A stretch of 64,000 bases of DNA from Dehalococcoidia bacterium. GTDB lineage: Bacteria; Chloroflexota; Dehalococcoidia; Lucifugimonadales; UBA2962. The stretch covers positions 1,852,766 through 1,916,765 of the forward strand of contig OZ220697.1 in the NCBI GenBank assembly GCA_965116605.1, in the 5' to 3' direction. The position numbers were made by a program, and so were the translations under genes. Each line of letters opens with the position of its first letter. Within the stretch, counting starts at the first letter, position 1. The notes beneath the pieces were generated by a model that was not told the origin of the DNA, searched no databases, and saw only the letters and a list, made by a program, of their open reading frames with translations. Shown here piece by piece: positions 50,565-59,642 of this stretch.

Positions 50565-51419
50565 TTGGTAACGGGTTCCTCAGACCCCAGGATCGACCTT
50601 TCAAAGGTCGGATACCTGGGACCGGCGGGCTCGTTCACCGAGGAGGCAACAATCGCCTTCAAACCTCGGGCCGAACACGTGCCGTTTCCCTCGATAACCG
50701 CGGTGGCGCAGGCGGTGGAAGCGGGTGAAGTGGAGGGCGGAATAGTCCCCATCGAAAACAGCCTCGAAGGGGCGGTGACCAACACCCTGGACCTTCTGAT
50801 CCATGGCTCGTGCCTTTACATCCACGACGAACTGGTGCTGCCAATACACCACAACCTGCTGACCTCTCCGGGCACCTCGATCGAGCAGATAAGGGTGATC
50901 TACTCCCATCCCCAGGCGCTGGCGCAGTGCCGCAGATACCTGGAGGAGCGGCTGCCCGGCGCCGAGCCAGTCGCCGCCCTGAGCACTTCCGCGGCCGTCG
51001 CCCACCTTTCTGAGGAACCGGGCTCAGGCGCCGTCGGGACACTCAGGGCAGCGCAGATCTACGGAGCCGAAATCCTGGATCGGGCCATCGAGGACAGCCC
51101 GAACAATGCGACCAGGTTCGTATTGCTGGCCAATCGTGACCACGCCCCGATAGGGCGGGACAAGACCTCGGTGTGCTTTACGTTCGATCAGGACGCTCCC
51201 GGCCTCCTGCACTCGGTGCTTGAGTGCGTGCTGGCAGAGGGGATAAACATGGCCAAGATCGAGTCGCGGCCAAACAAGCTGCAACTGGGGCGCTACTTCT
51301 TCCTTCTCGACCTGGACGGACACCGTCTGGATGCGAACGTGGCGCGCGCGCTGGAGTGCATACGCGCGCGGGTGACCAGCCTAAAGGTGCTCGGCTCGTA
51401 CCCACGCCACCGACCTTAG
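50565..51419 (+). CDS. pheA: Prephenate dehydratase
   Basis: VGYLGPAGSFTEEA, ENS.EG.V, TRF, and the ACT domain ESRP (IESRPNK). TTG start at 50565. Confidence 0.85.
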   Translation: MVTGSSDPRIDLSKVGYLGPAGSFTEEATIAFKPRAEHVPFPSITAVAQAVEAGEVEGGIVPIENSLEGAVTNTLDLLIHGSCLYIHDELVLPIHHNLLTSPGTSIEQIRVIYSHPQALAQCRRYLEERLPGAEPVAALSTSAAVAHLSEEPGSGAVGTLRAAQIYGAEILDRAIEDSPNNATRFVLLANRDHAPIGRDKTSVCFTFDQDAPGLLHSVLECVLAEGINMAKIESRPNKLQLGRYFFLLDLDGHRLDANVARALECIRARVTSLKVLGSYPRHRP

Positions 51420-51479
51420 GGCTCGGAGGCGCCGACGGCCGCAGGGGCTAAATCTTGTCGCTTGAACCCTTGGGCGCGC

Positions 51480-51743
51480 CTAGGAGCGGGGATCGTCCTT
51501 GGTCCCGGCACCGGCCATCTGCTCGATGACCGGCGCCACGGCCTCTCGGATGGATTCCACCGACGGCCCCATCCGCTCCCTAACGCGGGCCGCGGCCTCC
51601 TCGGCTCGCTCACGCACGACCTCTCCGTAGTCCGCCAGGTCGGCTCTGGTCTCAGCACCCGGCTTTGGTGCCAACAACAAGCCGACTACGGCCCCTACGA
51701 CGAAGCCGACCAAAAAGGATCCGGCGTTTCCTTTACCAGCCAT
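51480..51743 (-). CDS. YtxH-domain protein
   Basis: GSFLVGFVVGAVVGLLLAPKPGAETR is the YtxH signature. Confidence 0.7.
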   Translation of the reverse strand: MAGKGNAGSFLVGFVVGAVVGLLLAPKPGAETRADLADYGEVVRERAEEAAARVRERMGPSVESIREAVAPVIEQMAGAGTKDDPRS

Positions 51744-51776
51744 GTCACTTTCTCCGATGGGACAGGCTCAGCCGAA

Positions 51777-52040
51777 TTACCGATCTCTGCGGTCCGACTC
51801 CCCCAAGAACGCCGTTGCCGCCCTCGATATACCGGCCAGAAAACCCGCTCCGGCCCCGGCCGGACCGACGGTAGATGCGATGGTGGAGGTGACGTCCTCG
51901 ACTCCCCTGACGATGCGCTTGATGGAATCGACCAGCGAGGTGACCTTGGCGAACACGACGAGCACCGCAAATGTGGCGACCAACGTGAGCACGATGATCG
52001 CTATGTCCCTGACTACTGCTACGGTCTCAGTCCACGCCAT
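51777..52040 (-). CDS. Small membrane protein, DUF948-like
   Basis: A single N-terminal TM helix followed by a coiled region. It is paired with a YtxH gene, as is common in Gram-positive-type genomes. Confidence 0.5.
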   Translation of the reverse strand: MAWTETVAVVRDIAIIVLTLVATFAVLVVFAKVTSLVDSIKRIVRGVEDVTSTIASTVGPAGAGAGFLAGISRAATAFLGESDRRDR

Positions 52041-52116
52041 GTAACGCGATTCCGTAATCCAGATGTGGACCCGACCGGCTTCGGGCCCTGACGCTCATGT
52101 TAGCACCACCGGCGCC

Positions 52117-53100
52117 TCAGGGGCGGATGAGCATGCGCAGGGAGCCGTTCTCATCCCGGCGCTGAGTCAAGACCGTGTGGTTTCCCCTCTCGGTCCACAC
52201 GATGACGTCGTAGGTGTTCAGCACGTCGGGTATGATCACCTCCACGAACGACTGCGGAGCGGTGGTAACGTGCTCCTGAAGGGCCGCCAGGATCCCGGCG
52301 CAGGTCTTTCCCGTCCCGTCGATGACGACCCATCCATCCGAACCGTTGGTTCCCTGAATGCCGACCGCGCCGTCGTGGACGATCACCTGGCCAGACTTTC
52401 GAAGATCCACCTGCCGCTTGAATTCGGCCACGGACTCCCAGTGGACTCCCTCCACCCGGTCTCCCTTGGCACAGACTGCGCCACGCACGCCCACGATGTC
52501 GGGATTCACCCTCGCCAGTTCATCCAGATCTGACATCTTCAGGTGTCCTGACAGGGCGGTACTCATCCCGTCGCGCTTGCCCTCATACACCATCTCCGTA
52601 AGCTCATCCTCTGGAAGAAAATCGAACAGGTTACGCCCATCCTTGGTCAGGGTGTCTATGAGCCAGCCATCGCAGTCCCCGTCCCTGGCCAGGCGTGGCA
52701 TAAGATGAGGATCGAGACCTGCCTCATAGAGGACGTTGTCGGCGAAAAGTGAGCCGATCAATTTGGTCTCAGTTCCCTCAAGAGCCTCCTTGGAGGCGAG
52801 CAGCACCTCGACCGCCTTGTCGTAGTCGGCCTGCATGAAGCCCACCTTCACCGAGGTGGCATTCATCTGTCCGGCGGCCCAAGTTGCCATCGCCACGGTT
52901 CCCTCCTGATTGGGAACAACTCCGAGAGTCAGGCTCGCATGGATCTCATTCGGGACAGCTTCACGCACCGCCTTAAAGACGCCCGGCTTGGCGGAACCGA
53001 CCAACGCCTCCTGCAGATTCTTGACATCGATAATGTCCGCACCGCCCCGCATCGCCTCGTGGGCCTCGGGCAGATTCTGGACGCTAACCATCAACATCAT
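52117..53100 (-). CDS. MfnB-like (4-HFC-P synthase / DUF556 class I aldolase) domain fused to a C-terminal TusA-like domain
   Basis: aa 1-235: GGADIIDVKN (D25, K27), SVKVGF (K85), GWLIDTLTKDG, PDIVGVRGAVCAKGDRVEG. These align to M. jannaschii MfnB motifs GGADIIDVKN / YIKVGL / MLDTAVKDG / CDIVGVRGAACTKGDRNEG. aa 255-327: VIDGTGKTCAGILAALQEHV...VEVIIPD...LRMLIRP aligns to TusA LDALGLRCPEPVMMVRKTV...LLIIADD...YRYLIRK. Confidence 0.7.
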   Translation of the reverse strand: MMLMVSVQNLPEAHEAMRGGADIIDVKNLQEALVGSAKPGVFKAVREAVPNEIHASLTLGVVPNQEGTVAMATWAAGQMNATSVKVGFMQADYDKAVEVLLASKEALEGTETKLIGSLFADNVLYEAGLDPHLMPRLARDGDCDGWLIDTLTKDGRNLFDFLPEDELTEMVYEGKRDGMSTALSGHLKMSDLDELARVNPDIVGVRGAVCAKGDRVEGVHWESVAEFKRQVDLRKSGQVIVHDGAVGIQGTNGSDGWVVIDGTGKTCAGILAALQEHVTTAPQSFVEVIIPDVLNTYDVIVWTERGNHTVLTQRRDENGSLRMLIRP

Positions 53101-53162
53101 CGGCTCAGGTCTCCTGCTGCTGCATTTCGGGCTCTATCCCACAGGCACGCCGGCCATTTCGC

Positions 53163-54176
53163 CTAGCCGGCACGCACCCTGGCGACATCTTCGGAGAGTT
53201 CGGACTTCTCGTCCCCGGTCAGATCGGACAGGGGAGCCCTGACGTGTCCTCCGGCCATGCCCATGACCTCGCCCCAGTGCTTGACCATCGGCACCGGCAG
53301 CGCTCCCTTCTGCTTTTCGACGGTACGCTGCCACCACCTGTCGGACAGTTCCTTGACGGGCCGGATGTGGGTGTCATAGTAGTCGCCATCCACGTTCCCG
53401 GCCATTGCCCTCTCGATGAAAGTCACGTAATGGTTGGCCTCGGCCGTGTCGAATCGCCAGTCCGACGTGTTGGCAAACATGACCCGCTGCTCAAACCCCA
53501 ACTCCGGCCCCTTGAACAGGACCCATTCGTCCGGGGTGGAGATAATCGCCGTCTCGCCCAGGGTCCGATGGGCGGCGATGGAGATCTCCGGATTGAAGCT
53601 TGCCTCCTTGACGCCGACTACATTGGATATCCCGCATATCCGTCCCAGACCGTCGGCGCTCATCACGATGCCGAACTGCGGGGAGTTGTAAAACATGATC
53701 GCAAGATCCGTGGCATCGGCGACCGCGCGGACGAACTCGACCACCTGATCCTCAGTCTTTGTGACGAAGTAGGGAGCCGCGAGCACCAGGAGATCGAATC
53801 CCGCGCCCTCCGCGTGATCGGCCAGGGCCAGCACCTCCTTGACCGAGGTGTGACTCACGTGGGCCGCTATCGGCCATTGCCCTCCGGCCTCGTCGGCGAC
53901 GACGTCGTAGACGGTGAGTCTCTCTTCCCGGGTCAGGGACCAGAATTCTCCCATGCCCCAGGTGCAGCCGGCGCCGCGCGTTCCCAGGGCCCGGATATGT
54001 CGGACGTTCGACCGCAGGCCCTCTTCGTCTAGCTCATCGCCTTCAGTGAATGGAGTAACGAGGGTGGACCACTGACCCCGCAGGTTTTCCCGCGCCCAGT
54101 CCGCCGCCTCGTGCTTGGTGTAGTCGGCCATCGGAATCCGATGATATCGGGACGCGAAATAGGGTGTCAATTCCAT
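53163..54176 (-). CDS. Dihydrodipicolinate synthase / N-acetylneuraminate lyase family (class I aldolase) protein; alternative start at the ATG at 54131
   Basis: Schiff-base lysine context VVGVKEAS, and FYNSP (YNxP). The family-typical GxTGE position reads GMGEF. Confidence 0.75.
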   Translation of the reverse strand: MELTPYFASRYHRIPMADYTKHEAADWARENLRGQWSTLVTPFTEGDELDEEGLRSNVRHIRALGTRGAGCTWGMGEFWSLTREERLTVYDVVADEAGGQWPIAAHVSHTSVKEVLALADHAEGAGFDLLVLAAPYFVTKTEDQVVEFVRAVADATDLAIMFYNSPQFGIVMSADGLGRICGISNVVGVKEASFNPEISIAAHRTLGETAIISTPDEWVLFKGPELGFEQRVMFANTSDWRFDTAEANHYVTFIERAMAGNVDGDYYDTHIRPVKELSDRWWQRTVEKQKGALPVPMVKHWGEVMGMAGGHVRAPLSDLTGDEKSELSEDVARVRAG

Positions 54177-54229
54177 GACACCCGCGTAAACGAGCCCGTG
54201 ACGTGTGCCCTCTCGACCGTCCGATCACC

Positions 54230-56671
54230 TCAGCCTCCGCCGGTCACAGAGGCGCTCAGAAGCTCCCTGAGCCGCCTTCCCAGCGCGGCATGCTCCGGCT
54301 CGTCCATGCCGGGATCGGATTCGAGCATGCGATCAGCTTCACGCCGCGCCTTCGAGGCAGTTGCAGTGTCAATGATGCTGGCCACCCGCAGGTCGGGCAG
54401 GCCGCTCTGGCGCGTGCCCAGAAAGTCCCCCGGGCCCCGGATGCGCAGGTCCTCCTCTGCCAGCCGAAAGCCATCGGTAACCGCCTCCAACACCTTGAGC
54501 CTCTCCACCGCATCTGGCGTCTCGGAGTCGGACAGCAGCAGGCAATAGCTCTGCTCGCTCCCACGACCTACCCTGCCTCGAAACTGATGCAGCTGGGCCA
54601 GCCCAAAGCGGTCCGCACCGTCGATTACCATGACCGTGGCGTTCGGGAAGTCGATCCCCACTTCGATCACGGACGTCGCGACCAAGACCTCGATCTCGCG
54701 TTCTGAGAAGCGTTGCAAGACCGCCTCCCTGTCACGAGGCTTCATGCGGCCGTGAAGCAGCCCCAGGCGGTAGGAGGCGAATACGTCCCGCGACAGCCTT
54801 TCGTGCTCCTCGGTGGCGGCGCGAGCCTGCACCGCCTCCGACCCCTCGACCAGGGGAAAGACGATGAACGCCTGGTGGCCCTTGTCCAGTTCGGTCTTGA
54901 CGAACTCGTATGCCGCGGACCTCTGGGCGGCGGCGACGCGACGGGTCTTGACAGGTTTCCTGCCGGGAGGGAGCTCGTCCAAGAGGGAAACATCCAGATC
55001 GCCGAACACGGTCATCGACAGTGACCGTGGTATCGGGGTCGCCGACATGGCCAGCAGATGAGGCCTGGACCCACCGGAGCCAAGGGCCGCTCGTTGCATG
55101 ACCCCGAAGCGATGCTGCTCGTCGACGACGCCCACGGCCAGGTTGGGCACATCAACCGAGTCCTGGATGAGGACGTGGGTGCCTATGACAATGTCGATCT
55201 CGCCCTCGGCGATGTCTTGAAGCAGGCGATCGCGGACCGCCTTGCGCGTGCTGCCGGTGAGGAGGGCGACCGTTACCTGTCTGCCTGCCGACAGTTCAAT
55301 CCGCGCACGGGCACCGTCTTGGTCGAGATCCGGTGCGCCCCGTGCAAGGAGGCGGCACACTGTCAGGTAGTGCTGCTCTGCAAGGATCTCCGTCGGTGCC
55401 ATGAAGGCACCCTGTCGGCCAGAATCGACAGCGAACAGTAGAGCAGCCACAGCCACGACGGTCTTGCCGCTGCCGACATCACCCTGGAGGAGCCTGACCA
55501 TGGGCCGGACCTGGACAAGATCCTGGGTTATCTCTTCGATGGCCCGCTGCTGGGCCCCCGTAAGTTCGAACGGAAGCGACGCCAGGAACGAGTCGGTGTA
55601 GCCGCCACCCCTGCGACGGGACACCAGGGGAACGCCGTCCTCCACCTCCCTCCACGCCCTGCGCCGCGACAGCACGGCCAGCTGAAGCAGGAGCATCTCC
55701 TCGAATGCCAGACGCCTCCGGGACGCTTCAAGGTCAGCCCGACTATCCGGGTAGTGGATCTGGGATATGGCGTCGGGCAGGCTCACCAGACCCTCCCTCT
55801 GCCGCAGGCCGGCGGGAAGGGTTTCCGCCACGTCCTTGAGCCCGGCCTTGAGTGCGGCGCGAACGATCCGGCGGATGGTTCGCTGGGGCAGGCCCTCGGT
55901 AGTCGGATAGACGGGCACCAGCCTGCCCGTGTGAACAAGTTCCTCCTGGCCGGTCAGCAGCTCGTACTCAGGGGACTCGAAGACATGTCGGCCCTTGAAG
56001 GTCTTGACAGGCCCACTTATGACCACCGATGTTCCCGTCTTGAGGGTCCTTGCCAGGAAGCCCTGGCCAAACCATATGGCACGCACATTCCCGGTTTCGT
56101 CACCGAGCACGGCCTGTGTGGAGGCGCGGCGCGCACCGCGCTTGGTCTCGGTCGCTTCCCAGACGGTTGCCACAATGGTCTGCTCTTTGCCGTGCTCGAG
56201 TTCGCGGACCTTGCTTATGCGGGAGAAATCGTTATGGCGATGTGGGAAGTGATGGATCGCATCACCGATCTTCCGGATGCCCAGCCGATGCAGGCGGGCA
56301 ACGTGTCGACCGACTCCGCCGGCGATCTTCAGGCTGGCAATCGAATCGGCATCCCCTTGCTTGGACCTTGTCCGGGGAGATCGGTCAGGGATAGTCGTCG
56401 ACTCCACACCCAGCGCACTGATGCGATCCAGAATCTCCGAGGCCCAGCCGCGGCGCTCGGCGGGGGTTAGGACCGAGTAGGGCCTGATCTCACCGAGGGA
56501 GGATCGCAGTTGGTCGGCATGTCTGTTGAGGAAGCGGTCCAGGCCCCCAATGACCGCGCGATCCTCGTATCCGCCCTCGTCCTCCTTCGCCAGGATCTTG
56601 CGAAGTACCGTCAGGCCAACATACTGGTCTCCACTGCGCGCAGCTGTCCGGCTCGAAGGGTCGCGGGTCAT
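54230..56671 (-). CDS. recG: ATP-dependent DNA helicase RecG
   Basis: Wedge domain, LLQGDVGSGKT (Walker A), VVDEQHRFG (DEQH), TATPIPR-like SATPIPRS, and TSVIEVGIDFPNAT. Confidence 0.95.
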   Translation of the reverse strand: MTRDPSSRTAARSGDQYVGLTVLRKILAKEDEGGYEDRAVIGGLDRFLNRHADQLRSSLGEIRPYSVLTPAERRGWASEILDRISALGVESTTIPDRSPRTRSKQGDADSIASLKIAGGVGRHVARLHRLGIRKIGDAIHHFPHRHNDFSRISKVRELEHGKEQTIVATVWEATETKRGARRASTQAVLGDETGNVRAIWFGQGFLARTLKTGTSVVISGPVKTFKGRHVFESPEYELLTGQEELVHTGRLVPVYPTTEGLPQRTIRRIVRAALKAGLKDVAETLPAGLRQREGLVSLPDAISQIHYPDSRADLEASRRRLAFEEMLLLQLAVLSRRRAWREVEDGVPLVSRRRGGGYTDSFLASLPFELTGAQQRAIEEITQDLVQVRPMVRLLQGDVGSGKTVVAVAALLFAVDSGRQGAFMAPTEILAEQHYLTVCRLLARGAPDLDQDGARARIELSAGRQVTVALLTGSTRKAVRDRLLQDIAEGEIDIVIGTHVLIQDSVDVPNLAVGVVDEQHRFGVMQRAALGSGGSRPHLLAMSATPIPRSLSMTVFGDLDVSLLDELPPGRKPVKTRRVAAAQRSAAYEFVKTELDKGHQAFIVFPLVEGSEAVQARAATEEHERLSRDVFASYRLGLLHGRMKPRDREAVLQRFSEREIEVLVATSVIEVGIDFPNATVMVIDGADRFGLAQLHQFRGRVGRGSEQSYCLLLSDSETPDAVERLKVLEAVTDGFRLAEEDLRIRGPGDFLGTRQSGLPDLRVASIIDTATASKARREADRMLESDPGMDEPEHAALGRRLRELLSASVTGGG

Positions 56672-56675
56672 CCGG

Positions 56676-57518
56676 TCAGGGTCTGTTCGAACTGAGCACC
56701 CCTATTCCCAGGGCTCCCGGTCCTACATACGTCCCAAGACCCGGGCCGTAGCGACAGATCATGGGATCGACCCCAAGCAGGACACCCAATCGTTCGGCGA
56801 GCTCGGCCGCCTCATCCGGGGTTGTCGAATACAGGACGGCCACCTGATCGACGGGAGCCAACGCCTGGGCGCGGTCCATCAGCCGGGCGATTCCCTTCTT
56901 CCTGCTGCGCGGGCGGGCGTATGGATGTACAACTCCATCGACGACCTCGATCATCGGCTTGAAGTTGAGCAGCGTACCCACCAGCGCCTGCGCCTTGCCG
57001 ATGCGGCCTCCCTTTTGCAGGTACTCCAGCGTGTCGAGCAGGGTATTGCACGTAACGCGGGAAAGCGTCTCCTGTACCCGCTCAAGGACGGCTGGCAGGT
57101 CCTGACCCTCCTGAGCAGCCGCGGCTGCCGCCAGCGCGGGAATGCCGATGCCCATGGAGGCCTGAAGCGTGTCCACAACCTCTATGGGGCAATCCAGACT
57201 CGCTGACTTGGAGGCCTGGACAGCGGCGTTGTAGGTGCCGCTGACCTTCGACGACACGTGGATGGATATTATTCCGTCGGCACCAACCCCCACGCTCTCG
57301 TATATCTCCACGAACTCGCCCACGGCGGGGACGGCGGTCGAGGGAAATTCGTCCCCGGCCTGCAGGCGCAGATAGAATTCCTCCGGCGTAAGGTCTACCC
57401 CATCCTTGAACTCGGCGGCGCCGAACCGGACGGTCAGGGGCACTACTTCAATTCCATGGCGCGCAACAGTCTCGACCGGCAGATCGGCGAGGCTGTCTAC
57501 TACGACTCTAACGGCCAT
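56676..57518 (-). CDS. DegV family fatty-acid-binding protein (FakB-like)
   Basis: VRVVVDSLADLP, TAVPAVGEF, and length of 280 aa. Confidence 0.88.
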   Translation of the reverse strand: MAVRVVVDSLADLPVETVARHGIEVVPLTVRFGAAEFKDGVDLTPEEFYLRLQAGDEFPSTAVPAVGEFVEIYESVGVGADGIISIHVSSKVSGTYNAAVQASKSASLDCPIEVVDTLQASMGIGIPALAAAAAAQEGQDLPAVLERVQETLSRVTCNTLLDTLEYLQKGGRIGKAQALVGTLLNFKPMIEVVDGVVHPYARPRSRKKGIARLMDRAQALAPVDQVAVLYSTTPDEAAELAERLGVLLGVDPMICRYGPGLGTYVGPGALGIGVLSSNRP

Positions 57519-57545
57519 CAGGGGTTCCTCCTACCGACGCGGGGT

Positions 57546-59270
57546 TCATTCGATCGAGATCAGGTAGTGGTAGTGCGGCTGGCCACCTTCCACCAGTTCG
57601 AACTCCGCGTCCTCAAATCGAGACTGCAGCCTGCTGATCTCGGCCCCCGACTCAGACTCGGAGACCTGTTCGCCTGGGAACAGGGTCACGAGGTCGTCGC
57701 CACTAACCCCGGCGGCGATCATCAGAGCATCGAGGACCCCGGAAAGAGAATCTCCGGACGCTGCGAGCTCTCCGTCCAGCATGCCGATGTAGCCGCCCTC
57801 CTCTGCCCTGACACCGTGCAGGGTTACGTCGCGGGTAGCGATGGTCACCCCCCCGCTCCTCACCTCTCCGGGCGCCTCACCCATCGCCGCCGAATTCGCC
57901 GCCAGGTCTGCCGAGGCGTCGAAGGCCAGGGCGGCCGCAACTCCCTGTTGAACGCTGGTTGTAGGTACGACAAGCACGTCCTTGGAGGATACCTCCGCCG
58001 CCTGATCGGCCGTCGCTATGACGTTTCCCTCGTTCGGCAACACGACCACGGCATCCGCCGGAGCCCTATCAATTGCCTCGGCGATGTCCTTGACGCTCGG
58101 GTTCATCGTGGGTCCGCCGGACACGACCTCGGTGCAGCCAAGTTCGGCAAACACCTGGGCAAAGCCGGCTCCCAGGGCAACAACGACCAACGAAACGTTC
58201 TCCTGCTGCGCAGAGCCGACCCGATGTGCCGTCGCAAACTCTGACCGCTGCTCGTCCATGTCCTGAACGTTGCGTTCTATGACCTCCCCAACGGTCTGGG
58301 CAAAGGCGACCATCGAGTCGGGCTCCTCGGTATGGACATGTATCTTCACCAGATCGGCATCGCCGACCACAACGACCGAGGAAGCCATTTCCCCGGCCCT
58401 GCGCCTGATCTCGTCCAGATCGGGCTCGACTCCTTCCTCGCAGTCGGCGCGCACCAGAAGCTGGGTGCAATAGCCGAAGCCGATATGCTCGGTCCGATCG
58501 AGAAAGGCCTGATTGAGCGCGATCGAAGAACCCAGAGTCCCGCCTCCGGGCACCGGCACCTCCACCCCGCTCACCGAACCACCGCCCAGCCGAATCGCCA
58601 TTCCTCGCAGTATCAGCTGAATTCCGAAGCCGCCGGAGTCGACCACGCCCGCCTCGGTAAGGACAGGGAGCATGCCTTCCGTGGCCTCGACGGTCTCCTC
58701 GACCACATCGCATACACGGTCCATGGTTTCGAGGATCGGCAGTCCCGCATCGACGGATCGACGCGCCTCGCGGCCTGCAGCGGAGATCACCGTGAGCATG
58801 GTGCCTTCCACCGGTTCCCCAACCGCTCCATACGAGCGATCGGTGGCGGCCTCCAGCGCTCCGGCCAGGTGGCCGGCGTCAAAGCGGTCTCTGCCTGAAA
58901 GACCCTCGGAAAGGCCGCGGAAAAACTGCGAGAGGATCACCCCGCTATTTCCCCTGGCCTCCATAAGCGCCCGTCTGGCCATCGCCCTGGCAACCGATTC
59001 GGCCTGTGGCTCTGTCTCGGCCTGCTCGCGAGCAGACTCGGCCACCGCTCTCATGGTAAGAGACATGTTGGTACCGGTGTCGCCATCCGGCACAGGGAAC
59101 ACGTTCAGGGCATTAACGATGTGGCTGTGGGACTCCAGCAGCTCAAGTCCCCCAACGACCATGTCCGCCAGATCGCGCCCGTCCACCCAGCGGGAAGGAG
59201 AGTGAGAAGAACCCGCTGCCGTGGTCTGATTACAGGTGTCCAAGGGTCCCATCCCGCGGACAACACCCAT
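57546..59270 (-). CDS. DAK2-domain protein (YloV/FakA-like kinase subunit); start uncertain
   Basis: LNVFPVPDGDTGTNM and RGNSGVILSQ. It sits in the conserved rpmB <-> yloV ... recG neighbourhood. Confidence 0.85.
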   Translation of the reverse strand: MGVVRGMGPLDTCNQTTAAGSSHSPSRWVDGRDLADMVVGGLELLESHSHIVNALNVFPVPDGDTGTNMSLTMRAVAESAREQAETEPQAESVARAMARRALMEARGNSGVILSQFFRGLSEGLSGRDRFDAGHLAGALEAATDRSYGAVGEPVEGTMLTVISAAGREARRSVDAGLPILETMDRVCDVVEETVEATEGMLPVLTEAGVVDSGGFGIQLILRGMAIRLGGGSVSGVEVPVPGGGTLGSSIALNQAFLDRTEHIGFGYCTQLLVRADCEEGVEPDLDEIRRRAGEMASSVVVVGDADLVKIHVHTEEPDSMVAFAQTVGEVIERNVQDMDEQRSEFATAHRVGSAQQENVSLVVVALGAGFAQVFAELGCTEVVSGGPTMNPSVKDIAEAIDRAPADAVVVLPNEGNVIATADQAAEVSSKDVLVVPTTSVQQGVAAALAFDASADLAANSAAMGEAPGEVRSGGVTIATRDVTLHGVRAEEGGYIGMLDGELAASGDSLSGVLDALMIAAGVSGDDLVTLFPGEQVSESESGAEISRLQSRFEDAEFELVEGGQPHYHYLISIE

Positions 59271-59394
59271 TGCCGACCATCGCCCCCTATGGTATCTTCG
59301 TTAAAGATTTCACGGATGCCCGTCCCCCGGTACGATGCGGGAAACGGGCTTCCGGACGCGCCCATATTACCCATCTGACAGCATAAGGCAAACC

Positions 59395-59586
59395 ATGGCT
59401 CGTTGTGATATCTGCAGCAGGACCCGGATGTCTGGCAACAACGTCAGCCATTCCAAGAGGCGGACCAGGCGCCGCTGGGGTACCAACGTTCACAAGGCGA
59501 CCATTGGCGTGGACGGCCGACGCAAGCAGGTCAAGATGTGCACGCGTTGCCTGCGGACCCACTACAAGACCCGGGCTCGCGCCTGA
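59395..59586 (+). CDS. rpmB: 50S ribosomal protein L28
   Basis: MARCDICSRTRMSGNNVSHSKRRTRRRW.NV. The 63-aa size fits L28. The track ORF starts upstream, at 59335. Confidence 0.95.
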   Translation: MARCDICSRTRMSGNNVSHSKRRTRRRWGTNVHKATIGVDGRRKQVKMCTRCLRTHYKTRARA

Positions 59587-59642
59587 GCGGCAGCCCGGCG
59601 GGGCCGGCCCGATACCGGTTGCCGAGCCGGGTTTCCTTCGGC

